From contig OZ024743.1 in assembly GCA_964016885.1 (NCBI GenBank), positions 277,016,001 through 277,080,000 of the forward strand: a DNA stretch of 64,000 bases, in the 5' to 3' direction. The first letter of the stretch is position 1, and each line of letters opens with the position of its first letter. Shown here piece after piece: positions 1 to 12,900 of this stretch. Made by a program: the position numbers and the translations under genes. The notes under the pieces were generated by a model. The model did not search any database. It was not told the DNA's origin and saw only the letters and a program-made list of their open reading frames with translations. The DNA is from Eledone cirrhosa (Eukaryota).

Positions 1-3000
1 ATAAAATTATGATTACTGGTGTCTGATACTGTGGAAAATTAAGATTACTGGTGTCTGATACTGGATAAAATTAAGATTACTGGTGTCTGATACTGTGGAA
101 AATTAAGATTACTGGTGTCTGATACTGTGGAAAATTAAGATTACTGGTGTCTGATACTGGATAAAATTAAGATTACTGGTGTCTGATACTGGATAAAATT
201 ATTACTGGTGTCTGATACTGGGGAAAATTAAGATTACTGGTGTCTGATGCTGGGGAAATCAAAGATTACTGGTGTCTGATACTGGATAAAATTAAGATTA
301 CTGGTGTGTGATACTGTGGAAAATTAAGATTACTGGTGTCTGATACTGTTGAAAATTAAGATTACTGGTGTCTGATACTGGATAAAATTAAGATTACTGG
401 TGTCTGATACTGCGGAAAAGTAAGATTTCTGGTGTCTGATACTGGGGAAAATTAAGATTACTGGTGTCTGATGCTGGGGAAATCAAAGATTACTGGTTTC
501 TGATACTGGATAAAATTATGATTACTGGTGTCTGATACTGTGGAAAATTAAGATTACTGGTGTCTGATACTGTGGAAAATTAAGATTACTGGTGTCTGAT
601 ACTGGGGAAAATTAAGATTACTGGTGTCTGATACTGGATAAAATTAAGATTACTGGTGTCTGATACTGGATAAAATTATGATTACTGGTGTCTGATACTG
701 GATAAAATTATGATTACTGGTATGTGATACTGGGGAAAATTAAGATTACTGGTGTCTGATACAGGATAAAATTAAGATTACAGGTGTCTGATACTGGGGA
801 AAATTAAGATTACTGGTGTCTGATACTGGATAAAATGAAGATTACTGGTGTCTGATACTGGATAAAATTAAGATTACTGGTGTGTGATACTGGGGAAAAT
901 TAAGATTACTGGTGTCTGATACTGGATAAAATTAAGATTACTGGTGTCTGATACTGGATAAAATTATGATTACTGGTGTCTGATACTGGATAAAATTATG
1001 ATTACTGGTGTGTGATACTGGGGAAAATTAAGATTACTGGTGTCTGATACTGGATAAAATTAAGATTACTGGTGTCTGATACTGGACAAAATTAAGATAA
1101 CTGCTGTCTGAAACTGGGGAAAATTAAGATTACTGCTGTCTGATACTGCGGAAAATTAAGATTACTGGTGTCTGATACTGGGGAAAATTAAGATTACTGG
1201 TGTCTGATACTGGATAAAATTAAGATTACTGGTGTCTGATACTGGGGAAAATTAAGATTACTGGTGTCTGATACTGGGGAAAATTAAGATTACTGGTGTC
1301 TGATGCTGGGGAAATCAAAGATTACTGGTGTCTGATACTGGATAAAATTATGATTACTGGTGTCTGATACTGTGGAAAATTAAGATTACTGGTGTCTGAT
1401 ACTGGGGAAAATTAAGATTACTGGTGTCTGATGCTGGGGAAATCAAAGATTACTGGTGTCTGATACTGGATAAAATTATGATTACTGGTGTCTGATACTG
1501 TGGAAAATTAAGATTACTGGTGTCTGATACTGGATAAAATTAAGATTACTGGTGTCTGATACTGGATAAAATTATTACTGGTGTCTGATACTGGATAAAA
1601 TTAAGATTACTGGTGTCTGATACTGGATAAAATTATTACTGGTGTCTGATACTGGATAAAATTTAGATTACTGGTGTGTGATACTAGGGCAAATTAAGAT
1701 TACTGGTGTCTGATACTGGGGAAAATTAAGATTACTGGTGTCTGATACTGGATAAAATTAACATTACTGGTGTCTGATACTGGATAAAACTAACATTACT
1801 GGTGTCTGATACTGGGGAAAATTAACATTAGTGGTGTCTGATACTGGATAAAACTAACATTACTGGTGTCTGATACTGCATAAAATTAAGATTACTGGTG
1901 TCTGATACTGGATAAAATTAAGATTACTGGTGTGTGATACTGGGGAAAATTAAGATTACTGGTGTCTCATACTGGATAAAATTAAGATTACTGGTGTCTG
2001 ATACTGGATAAAATTATGATTACTGGTGTGTGATACTGGGGAAAATTAAGATTACTGGTGTCTGATACTGGTTAAAATTTAGATTACTGGTGTCTGATAC
2101 TGCGGAAAATTAAGATTACTGGTGTCTGATACTGGGGAAAATTAAGATTACTGGTGTCTGATACTGCGGAAAATTAAGATTACTGGTGTCTGATACTGGA
2201 TAAAATTAAGATTACTGGTGTCTGATACTGCGGAAAATTAAGATTACTGGTGTCTGATACTGGGGAAATCAAAGATTACTGGTGTCTGATACTGGATAAA
2301 ATTAAGATTACTGGTGTCTGATACTGCGGAAAATTAAGATTACTGGTGTCTGATGCTGGGGAAATCAAAGATTACTGGTGTCTGATACTGGATAAAATTA
2401 AGATTACTGGTGTCTGATACTGCGGAAAATTAAGATTACTGGTGTCTGATACTGGGGAAAATTAAGATTACTGGTGTCTGATGCTGGGGAAATCAAACAT
2501 TACTGGTGTCTGATACTGGGGAAAATTAAGATTACTGGTGTCTTATACTGGATAAAATTATGATTACTGGTGTCTGATACTGGATAAAATTATGATTACT
2601 GGTGTGTGATACTGGGGAAAATTAAGATTACTGGTGTCTGATACTGGATAAAATTAAGATTACTGGTGTCTGATACTGGACAAAATTAAGATTACTGCTG
2701 TCTGAAACTGGGGAAAATTAAGGTTACTGGTGTCTGATACTGGTTAAAATTTAGATTACTTGTGTCTGATACTGCGGAAAATTAAGATTACTGGTGTGTG
2801 ATACTGGGGAAAACTAAGATTACTGGTGTCTGATACTGGATAAAATTAAGAATACTGGTGTCTGATACTGGGGAAAACTAAGATTAATGGTGTCTGATAC
2901 TGGATAAAATTAAGATTACTGGTGTCTAATACTGGGGAAAACTAAGATTACTGGTGTCTGATACTGGATAAAATTAAGATTACTGATGTGTGATACTGGA

Positions 3001-3009
3001 TAAAATTAA

Positions 3010-4193
3010 GATTACTGGTGTCTAATACTGGGGAAAATTTAGATTACTGGTGTGTGATACTGGGGAAAATTAAGATTACTGGTGTCTAATACTGGGGAAA
3101 ACTAAGATTAATGGTGTCTGATACTGGATAAAATTAAGATTACTGGTGTCTAATACTGGGGAAAACTAAGATTACTGGTGTCTGATACTGGATAAAATTA
3201 AGATTACTGGTGTCTGATACTGGATAAAATTAAGATTACTGGTGTCTAATACTGGGGAAAATTTAGATTACTGGTGTGTGATACTGGGGAAAATTAAGAT
3301 TACTGGTGTCTAATACTGGGGAAAACTAAGATTAATGGTGTCTGATACTGGATAAAATTAAGATTACTGGTGTCTAATACTGGGGAAAACTAAGATTACT
3401 GGTGTCTGATACTGGATAAAATTAAGATTACTGGTGTCTGATACTGGATAAAATTAAGATTACTGGTGTCTAATACTGGGGAAAATTTAGATTACTGGTG
3501 TGTGATACTGGGGAAAATTAAGATTACTGGTGTCTAATACTGGGGAAAACTAAGATTAATGGTGTCTGATACTGGATAAAATTAAGATTACTGGTGTCTA
3601 ATACTGGGGAAAACTAAGATTACTGGTGTCTGATACTGGATAAAATTAAGATTACTGGTGTCTGATACTGGATAAAATTAAGATTACTGGTGTCTAATAC
3701 TGGGGAAAATTTAGATTACTGGTGTGTGATACTGGGGAAAATTAAGATTACTGGTGTCTAATACTGGGGAAAACTAAGATTAATGGTGTCTGATACTGGA
3801 TAAAATTAAGATTACTGGTGTCTAATACTGGGGAAAACTAAGATTACTGGTGTCTGATACTGGATAAAATTAAGATTACTGGTGTCTGATACTGGATAAA
3901 ATTAAGATTACTGGTGTCTAATACTGGGGAAAATTTAGATTACTGGTGTGTGATACTGGGGAAAATTAAGATTACTGGTGTCTAATACTGGGGAAAACTA
4001 AGATTAATGGTGTCTGATACTGGATAAAATTAAGATTACTGGTGTCTAATACTGGGGAAAACTAAGATTACTGGTGTCTGATACTGGATAAAATTAAGAT
4101 TACTGGTGTCTGATACTGGATAAAATTAAGATTACTGGTGTCTAATACTGGGGAAAATTTAGATTACTGGTGTGTGATACTGGGGAAAATTAA
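3010..4193 (+). repeat. 7-monomer (224-bp) higher-order repeat, 5 full copies plus a partial one
   Basis: The marker TCTAATACTGGGGAAAATTTAG occurs at 3021, 3245, 3469, 3693, 3917 and 4141, exactly 224 bp apart. The AACTAAGATTAATGG marker has the same spacing. A degenerate copy precedes the block (~2786-3009). Confidence 0.93.
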
Positions 4194-4239
4194 GATTACT
4201 GGTGTCTGATACTGGATAAAATTAAGATTACTGGTGTCT

Positions 4240-5310
4240 GATACTGGGGAAAACTAAGATTACTGGTGTCTGATACTGGATAAAATTAAGAATACTGGTG
4301 TCTGATACTGGATAAAATTAAGATAACTGGTGTCTGATACTGGGGAAAATTATGATTACTGGTGTCTGATACTGGGGAAAATTAAGATTACTGGTGTCTG
4401 ATACTGGATAAAATTAAGATTACTGGTATCTGATACTGCGGAAAATTAAGATTACTGGTGTCTGATACTGGGGAAAATTAAGATTACTGGTGTCTGATGC
4501 TGGGGAAATCAAAGATTACTGGTGTCTGATACTGGATAAAATTGTGATTACTGGTGTCTGATACTGTGGAAAATTAAGATTACTGGTGTCTGATACTGGA
4601 TAAAATTATGATTACCGGTGTCTGATACTGTGGAAAATTAAGATTACTGGTGTCTGATACTGGGGAAAATTAAGATTACTGGTGTCTGATGCTGGGGAAA
4701 TCAAAGATTACTGGTGTCTGATACTGGATAAAATTATGATTACTGGTGTCTGATACTGTGGAAAATTAAGATTACTGGTGTCTGATACTGGATAAAATTA
4801 AGATTACTGGTGTCTGATACTGGATAAAATTATTACTGGTGTCTGATACTGGGGAAAATTAAGATTACTGGTGTCTGATGCTGGGGAAATCAATAATTAC
4901 TGGTGTCTGATACTGGATAAAATTAAGATTACTGGTGTGTGATACTGTTGAAAATTAAGATTACTGGTGTCTGATACTGGATAAAATTAAGATTACTGAC
5001 GTGTGATACTGGGGAAAATTAAGATTACTGGTGTCTGATACTGGTTAAAATTTAGATTACTGGTGTCTGATACTGGGGAAATCAAAGATTACTGGTGTCT
5101 GATACTGCATAAAATTAAGATTACTGGTGTCTGATACTGGATAAAATTAACATTACTGGTGTCTGATACTGGATAAATCTAACATTACTGGTGTCTGATA
5201 CTGGGGAAAATTAACATTAGTGGTGTCTGATACTGGATAAAACTAACATTACTGGTGTCTGATACTGCATAAAATTAAGATTACTGGTGTCTGATACTGG
5301 ATAAAATTAA
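4240..5310 (+). repeat. Dispersed intra-array duplicated block, copy 1 (copy 2 ~7434-8500; partial copy 3 ~10460-10910)
   Basis: Rare markers recur at offset 3194: AAGAATACT 4291/7485, CAATAATTAC 4891/8085, GATTACTGACGT 4991/8185, and the 3-bp deletion ~4830/~8025. GATTACTGACGT appears again at 10549. Confidence 0.85.
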
Positions 5311-7433
5311 CATTACTGGTGTCTGATACTGAATATAATTAAGATTACTGGTGTCTGATACTGGATAAAATTAAGATTACTGGTGTGTGATACTGGGGAA
5401 AATTAAGATTACTGGTGTCTCATACTGGATAAAATTAAGATTACTGGTGTCTGATACTGGATAAAATTAAGATTACTGGTGTCTGATACTGGATAAAATT
5501 ATGATTACTGGTGTCTGATACTGGGGAAAATTAAGATTACTGGTGTCTGATACTGGATAAAATTAAGATTACTGGTGTCTGATACTGCGGAAAATTAAGA
5601 TTACTGGTGTCTGATACTGGGGAAAATTAAGATTACTGGTGTCTGATGCTGGGGAAATCAAAGATTACTGGTGTCTTATACTGGATAAAATTATGATTAC
5701 CGGTGTCTGATACTGTGGAAAATTAAGATTACTGGTGTCTGATACTGGGGAAATTAAGATTACTGGTGTCTGATGCTAGGGAAATCAAAGATTACTGGTG
5801 TCTGATACTGGATAACATTATGATTACTGGTGTCTGATACTGTGGAAAATTAAGATTACTGGTGTCTGATACTGGGGAAAATTAAGATTACTGGTGTCTG
5901 ATACTGGATAAAATTAACATTACTGGTGTCTGATACTGGATAAAATTAAGATTACTGGTGTCTGATACTGGATAAAATTATGATTACTGGTATGTGATAC
6001 TGGGGAAAATTAAGATTACTGGTGTCTGATACTGGATAAAATTAAGATTACTGGTGTCTGATACTGGATAATATTAAGATTACTGGTGTCTGATACTGGA
6101 TAAAATTATGATTACTGGTGTCTGATACTGGATAAAATTAAGATTACTGGTATGTGATACTGGGGAAAATTAAGATTACTGGTGTCTGATACTGGGGAAA
6201 ATTATGATTACTGGTATGTGATACTGGGGAAAATTAAGATTACTGGTGTCTGATACTGGGGAAAATTATGATTACTGGTATGTGATACTGGGGAAAATTA
6301 AGATTACTGGTGTCTGATACTGGGGAAAATTAAGATTACTGGTGTCTGATACTAGATAAAATTAACATTACTGGTGTCTGATACAGGATAAAATTAAGAT
6401 TACTGGTGTCTGATACTGGGGAAAATTAAGATTACTGGTGTCTGATACTAGATAAAATTAACATTACTGGTGTCTGATACTGGATAAAATTATGATTACT
6501 GGTGTATTACTGTGGAAAATTAAGATTACTGGTGTCTGATACTGGGGAAAATTAAGATTACTGGTGTCTGATACTGGATAAAATTAAGATTACTGGTGTC
6601 TGATACTGGATAAAATTAAGATTACTGGTGTGTGATACTGGGGAAAATTAAGATTACTGGTGTCTGATACTGGATAAAATTAAGATTACTGGTGTCTGAT
6701 ACTGGATAAAATTATGATTACTGGTGTCTGATACTGGATAAAATTATGATTACTGGTGTGTGATACTGGGGAAAATTAAGATTACTGGTGTCTGATACTG
6801 GATAAAATTAAGATTACTGGTGTGTGATACTGGGGAAAATTAAGATTACTGGTGTCTGATACTGGATAAAATTATGATTACTGGTGTCTGATACTGGGGA
6901 AAATTAAGATTACTGGTGTCTGATACTGGATAAAATTAAGATTACTGGTGTGTGATACTGGGGAAAATTAAGATTACTGGTGTCTGATACTGGATAAAAT
7001 TAAGATTACTGGTGTCTGATACTGGATAAAATTATGATTACTGGTGTCTGATACTGGATAAAATTATGATTACTGGTGTGTGATACTGGGGAAAATTAAG
7101 ATTACTGGTGTCTGATACTGGATAAAATTAAGATTACTGGTGTCTGATACTGGATAAAATTATGATTACTGGTGTCTGATACTGGATAAAATTATGATTA
7201 CTGGTGTGTGATACTGGGGAAAATTAAGATTACTGGTGTCTGATACTGGATAAAATTAAGATTACTGGTGTCTGATACTGGTTAAAATTTAGATTACTTG
7301 TGTCTGATACTGCGGAAAATTAAGATTACTGGTGTCTGATACTGGGGAAAATTAAGATTACTGGTGTCTAATACTGGGGAAAACTAAGATTAATGGTGTC
7401 TGATACTGGATAAAATTAAGATTACTGGTGTCT

Positions 7434-8500
7434 AATACTGGGGAAAACTAAGATTACTGGTGTCTGATACTGGATAAAATTAAGAATACTGGTGTCTGAT
7501 ACTGGATAAAATTAAGATAACTGGTGTCTGATACTGGGGAAAATTATGATTACTGGTGTCTGATACTGGGGAAAATTAAGATTACTGGTGTCTGATACTG
7601 GATAAAATTAAGATTACTGGTATCTGATACTGCGGAAAATTAAGATTACTGGTGTCTGATACTGGGGAAAATTAAGATTACTGGTGTCTGATGCTGGGGA
7701 AATCAAAGATTACTGGTGTCTGATACTGGATAAAATTGTGATTACTGGTGTCTGATACTGTGGAAAATTAAGATTACTGGTGTCTGATACTGGATAAAAT
7801 TATGATTACCGGTGTCTGATACTGTGGAAAATTAAGATTACTGGTGTCTGATACTGGGGAAAATTAAGATTACTGGTGTCTGATGCTGGGGAAATCAAAG
7901 ATTACTGGTGTCTGATACTGGATAAAATTATGATTACTGGTGTCTGATACTGTGGAAAATTAAGATTACTGGTGTCTGATACTGGATAAAATTAAGATTA
8001 CTGGTGTCTGATACTGGATAAAATTATTACTGGTGTCTGATACTGGGGAAAATTAAGATTACTGGTGTCTGATGCTGGGGAAATCAATAATTACTGGTGT
8101 CTGATACTGGATAAAATTAAGATTACTGGTGTGTGATACTGTTGAAAATTAAGATTACTGGTGTCTGATACTGGATAAAATTAAGATTACTGACGTGTGA
8201 TACTGGGGAAAATTAAGATTACTGGTGTCTGATACTGGTTAAAATTTAGATTACTGGTGTCTGATACTGGGGAAATCAAAGATTACTGGTGTCTGATACT
8301 GCATAAAATTAAGATTACTGGTGTCTGATACTGGATAAAATTAACATTACTGGTGTCTGATACTGGATAAATCTAACATTACTGGTGTCTGATACTGGGG
8401 AAAATTAACATTAGTGGTGTCTGATACTGGATAAAACTAACATTACTGGTGTCTGATACTGCATAAAATTAAGATTACTGGTGTCTGATACTGGATAAAA
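7434..8500 (+). repeat. Dispersed intra-array duplicated block, copy 2 of ~4240-5310
   Basis: The same ordered rare variants recur at +3194 bp (100 monomers minus 6 deleted bases). Boundaries are approximate. Confidence 0.85.
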
Positions 8501-9588
8501 TTAAGATTACTGGTGTCTGATACTGGATAAAATTAAGATTACTGGTGTGTGATACTGGGGAAAATTAAGATTACTGGTGTCTCATACTGGATAAAATTAA
8601 GATTACTGGTGTCTGATACTGGATAAAATTAAGATTACTGGTGTCTCATACTGGATAAAATTAAGATTACTGGTGTCTCATACTGGATAAAATTAAGATT
8701 ACTGGTGTCTGATACTGGATAAAATTAAGATTACTGGTGTCTGATACTGGATAAAATTATGATTACTGGTGTCTGATACTGGTTAAAATTTAGATTACTG
8801 GTGTCTGATACTGCGGAAAATTAAGATTACTGGTGTCTGATACTGGATAAAATTAACATTACTGGTGTCTGATTCTGGATAAAATTATGATTACTGGTGT
8901 CTGATACTGGATAAAATTAAGATTACTGGTGTCTGATACTGGATAAAATTAAGATTACTGGTGTCTGATACTGGATAAAATTAAGATTACTGGTGTCTGA
9001 TACTGGATAAAATTATGATTACTGGTATGTGATACTGGGGAAAATTAAGATTACTGGTGTCTGATACAGGATAAAATTAAGATTACTGGTGTCTGATACT
9101 GGGGAAAATTAAGATTACTGGTGTCTGATACTAGATAAAATTAACATTACTGGTGTCTGATACTGGATAAAATTAAGATTACTGGTGTCTGATACTGGGG
9201 AAAATTATGATTACTGGTGTATTACTGTGGAAAATTAAGATTACTGGTGTCTGATACTGGGGAAAATTAAGATTACTGGTGTCTGATACTGGATAAAATT
9301 ATGATTACTGGTGTATTACTGTGGAAAATTAAGATTACTGGTGTCTGATACTGGGGAAAATTAAGATTACTGGTGTCTGATACAGGATAAAATTAAGATT
9401 ACTGGTGTCTGATACTGGGGAAAATTAAGATTACTGGTGTCTGATACTGGATAAAATTAAGATTACTGGTGTCTGATACTGGATAAAATTAAGATTACTG
9501 GTGTGTGATACTGGGGAAAATTAAGATTACTGGTGTCTGATACTGGGGAAAATTAAGATTACTGGTGTCTGATACTGGATAAAATTAA

Positions 9589-9940
9589 GATTACTGGTGT
9601 GTGATACTGGGGAAAATTAAGATTACTGGTGTCTGATACAGGATAAAATTAAGATTACTGGTGTGTGATACTGGGGAAAATTAAGATTACTGGTGTCTGA
9701 TACAGGATAAAATTAAGATTACTGGTGTCTGATACTGGGGAAAATTAAGATTACTGGTGTCTGATACAGGATAAAATTAAGATTACTGGTGTGTGATACT
9801 GGGGAAAATTAAGATTACTGGTGTCTGATACAGGATAAAATTAAGATTACTGGTGTCTGATACTGGGGAAAATTAAGATTACTGGTGTCTGATACAGGAT
9901 AAAATTAAGATTACTGGTGTGTGATACTGGGGAAAATTAA
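9589..9940 (+). repeat. Local dimer (64-bp) higher-order repeat: GGGG monomer alternating with GATACAGGAT monomer
   Basis: GATACAGGATAAAA monomers start at 9621, 9685, 9749, 9813 and 9877. The intervening GGGG monomers mostly alternate TGTG/TCTG, giving a 128-bp super-period. Confidence 0.88.
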
Positions 9941-12900
9941 GATTACTGGTGTCTGATACTGGGGAAAATTAAGATTACTGGTGTCTGATACTGGATAAAA
10001 TTAAGATTACTGGTGTCTGATACTGGATAAAATTAAGATTACTGGTGTGTGATACTGGGGAAAATTAAGATTACTGGTGTCTGATACTGGGGAAAATTAA
10101 GATTACTGGTGTCTGATACTGGATAAAATTAAGATTACTGGTGTCTGATACTGGATAAAATTATGATTACTGGTGTCTGATACTGGATAAAATTATGATT
10201 ACTGGTGTGTGATACTGGGGAAAATTAAGATTACTGGTGTCTGATACTGGATAAAATTAAGATTACTGGTGTCTGATACTGGACAAAATTAAGATTACTG
10301 CTGTCTGAAACTGGGGAAAATTAAGGTTACTGGTGTCTGATACTGGATAAAATTAAGATTACTGGTGTCTGATACTGGACAAAATTAAGATTACTGCTGT
10401 CTGAAACTGGGGAAAATTAAGATTACTGGTGTCTGATACTGGTTAAAATTTAGATTACTGGTGTCTGATACTGGATAAAATTAAGATTACTGGTGTGTGA
10501 TACTGTTGAAAATTAAGATTACTGGTGTCTGATACTGGATAAAATTAAGATTACTGACGTGTGATACTGGGGAAAATTAAGATTACTGGTGTCTGATACT
10601 GGTTAAAATTTAGATTACTGGTGTCTGATACTGGGGAAATCAAAGATTACTGGTGTCTGATACTGCATAAAATTAAGATTACTGGTGTCTGATACTGGAT
10701 AAAATTAACATTACTGGTGTCTGATACTGGATAAATCTAACATTACTGGTGTCTGATACTGGGGAAAATTAACATTAGTGGTGTCTGATACTGGATAAAA
10801 CTAACATTACTGGTGTCTGATACTGCATAAAATTAAGATTACTGGTGTCTGATACTGGATAAAATTAACATTACTGGTGTCTGATACTGAATATAATTAA
10901 GATTACTGGTGTCTGATACTGTGGAAAATTAAGATTACTGGTGTCTGATACTGGGGAAAATTAAGATTACTGGTGTCTCATACTGGATAAAATTAAGATT
11001 ACTGGTGTCTGATACTGGATAAAATTAATATTACTGGTGTGTGATACTGGATAAAATTATGATTACTGGTGTGTGATACTGGGGAAAATTAAGATTACTG
11101 GTGTCTGATACTGGATAAAATTAAGATTACTGGTGTCTGATACTGGATAAAATTAAGATTACTGGTGTCTGATACTGGATAAAATTATGATTACTGGTGT
11201 CTGATACTGGATAAAATTAAGATTACTGGTGTCTGATACTGGGGAAAATTAAGATTACTGGTGTCTCATACTGGATAAAATTAAGATTACTGGTGTCTGA
11301 TACTGGATAAAATTAAGATTACTGGTGTCTGATACTGGATAAAATTATGATTACTGGTGTGTGATACTGGGGAAAATTAAGATTACTGGTGTCTGATACT
11401 GGTTAAAATTTAGATTACTGGTGTCTGATACTGCGGAAAATTAAGATTACTGGTGTCTGATACTGGGGAAAATTAAGATTACTGGTGTCTGATACTGGAT
11501 AAAATTAAGATTACTGGTGTCTGATACTGCGGAAAATTAAGATTACTGGTGTCTGATACTGGGGAAAATTAAGATTACTGGTGTCTGATGCTGGGGAAAT
11601 CAAAGATTACTGGTGTCTTATACTGGATAAAATTATGATTACCGGTGTCTGATACTGTGGAAAATTAAGATTACTGGTGTCTGATACTGGGGAAATTAAG
11701 ATTACTGGTGTCTGATGCTAGGGAAATCAAAGATTACTGGTGTCTGATACTGGATAACATTATGATTACTGGTGTCTGATACTGTGGAAAATTAAGATTA
11801 CTGGTGTCTGATACTGGGGAAAATTAAGATTACTGGTGTCTGATACTGGATAAAATTAACATTACTGGTGTCTGATACTGGATAAAATTAAGATTACTGG
11901 TGTCTGATACTGGGGAAAATTATGATTACTGGTATGTGATACTGGGGAAAATTAAGATTACTGGTGTCTGATACAGGATTAAATTAAGATTACTGGTGTC
12001 TGATACTGGGGAAAATTAAGATTACTGGTGTCTGATACTGGATAAAATTAACATTACTGGTGTCTGATTCTGGATAAAATTATGATTACTGGTGTCTGAT
12101 ACTGGATAAAATTAAGATTACTGGTGTCTGATACTGGATAATATTAAGATTACTGGTGTCTGATACTGGATAAAATTATGATTACTGGTGTGTGATACTG
12201 GGGAAAATTAAGATTACTGGTGTCTGATACTGGGGAAAATTAAGATTTCTGGTGTCTGATACTGGATAAAATTAAGATTACTGGTGTCTGATACTGGATA
12301 AAATTAAGATTACTGGTGTCTGATACTGGATAAAATTATGATTACTGGTATGTGATACTGGGGAAAATTAAGATTACTGGTGTCTGATACAGGATAAAAT
12401 TAAGATTACTGGTGTCTGATACTGGGGAAAATTAAGATTACTGGTGTCTGATACTAGATAAAATTAACATTACTGGTGTCTGATACTGGATAAAATTATG
12501 ATTACTGGTGTATGATACTGGATAAAATTAAGATTACTGGTGTCTGATACTGGATAATATTAAGATTACTGGTGTCTGATACTGATTAAAATTTAGATTA
12601 CCGGTGTCTGAGACTGGCGAAATCAAAGATTACTGGTGTCTGATACTGGACAAAGTTAAGATCACTGGTGTCTGAAACTGAGGAAAATTAAGATTACTGG
12701 TGTCTGATACAGGTTAAAATTTAGATTACTGGTGTCTGATACTGGGGAAATCAAAGATTACTGGTGTCTGATACTGGGGAAATCAAAGATTACTGGTGTC
12801 TGATACTGCATAAAATTAAGATTACTGGTGTCTGATACAGGTTAAAATTTAGATTACTGGTATGTGATACTGGGGAAAATTAAGATTACTGGTGTCTGAT

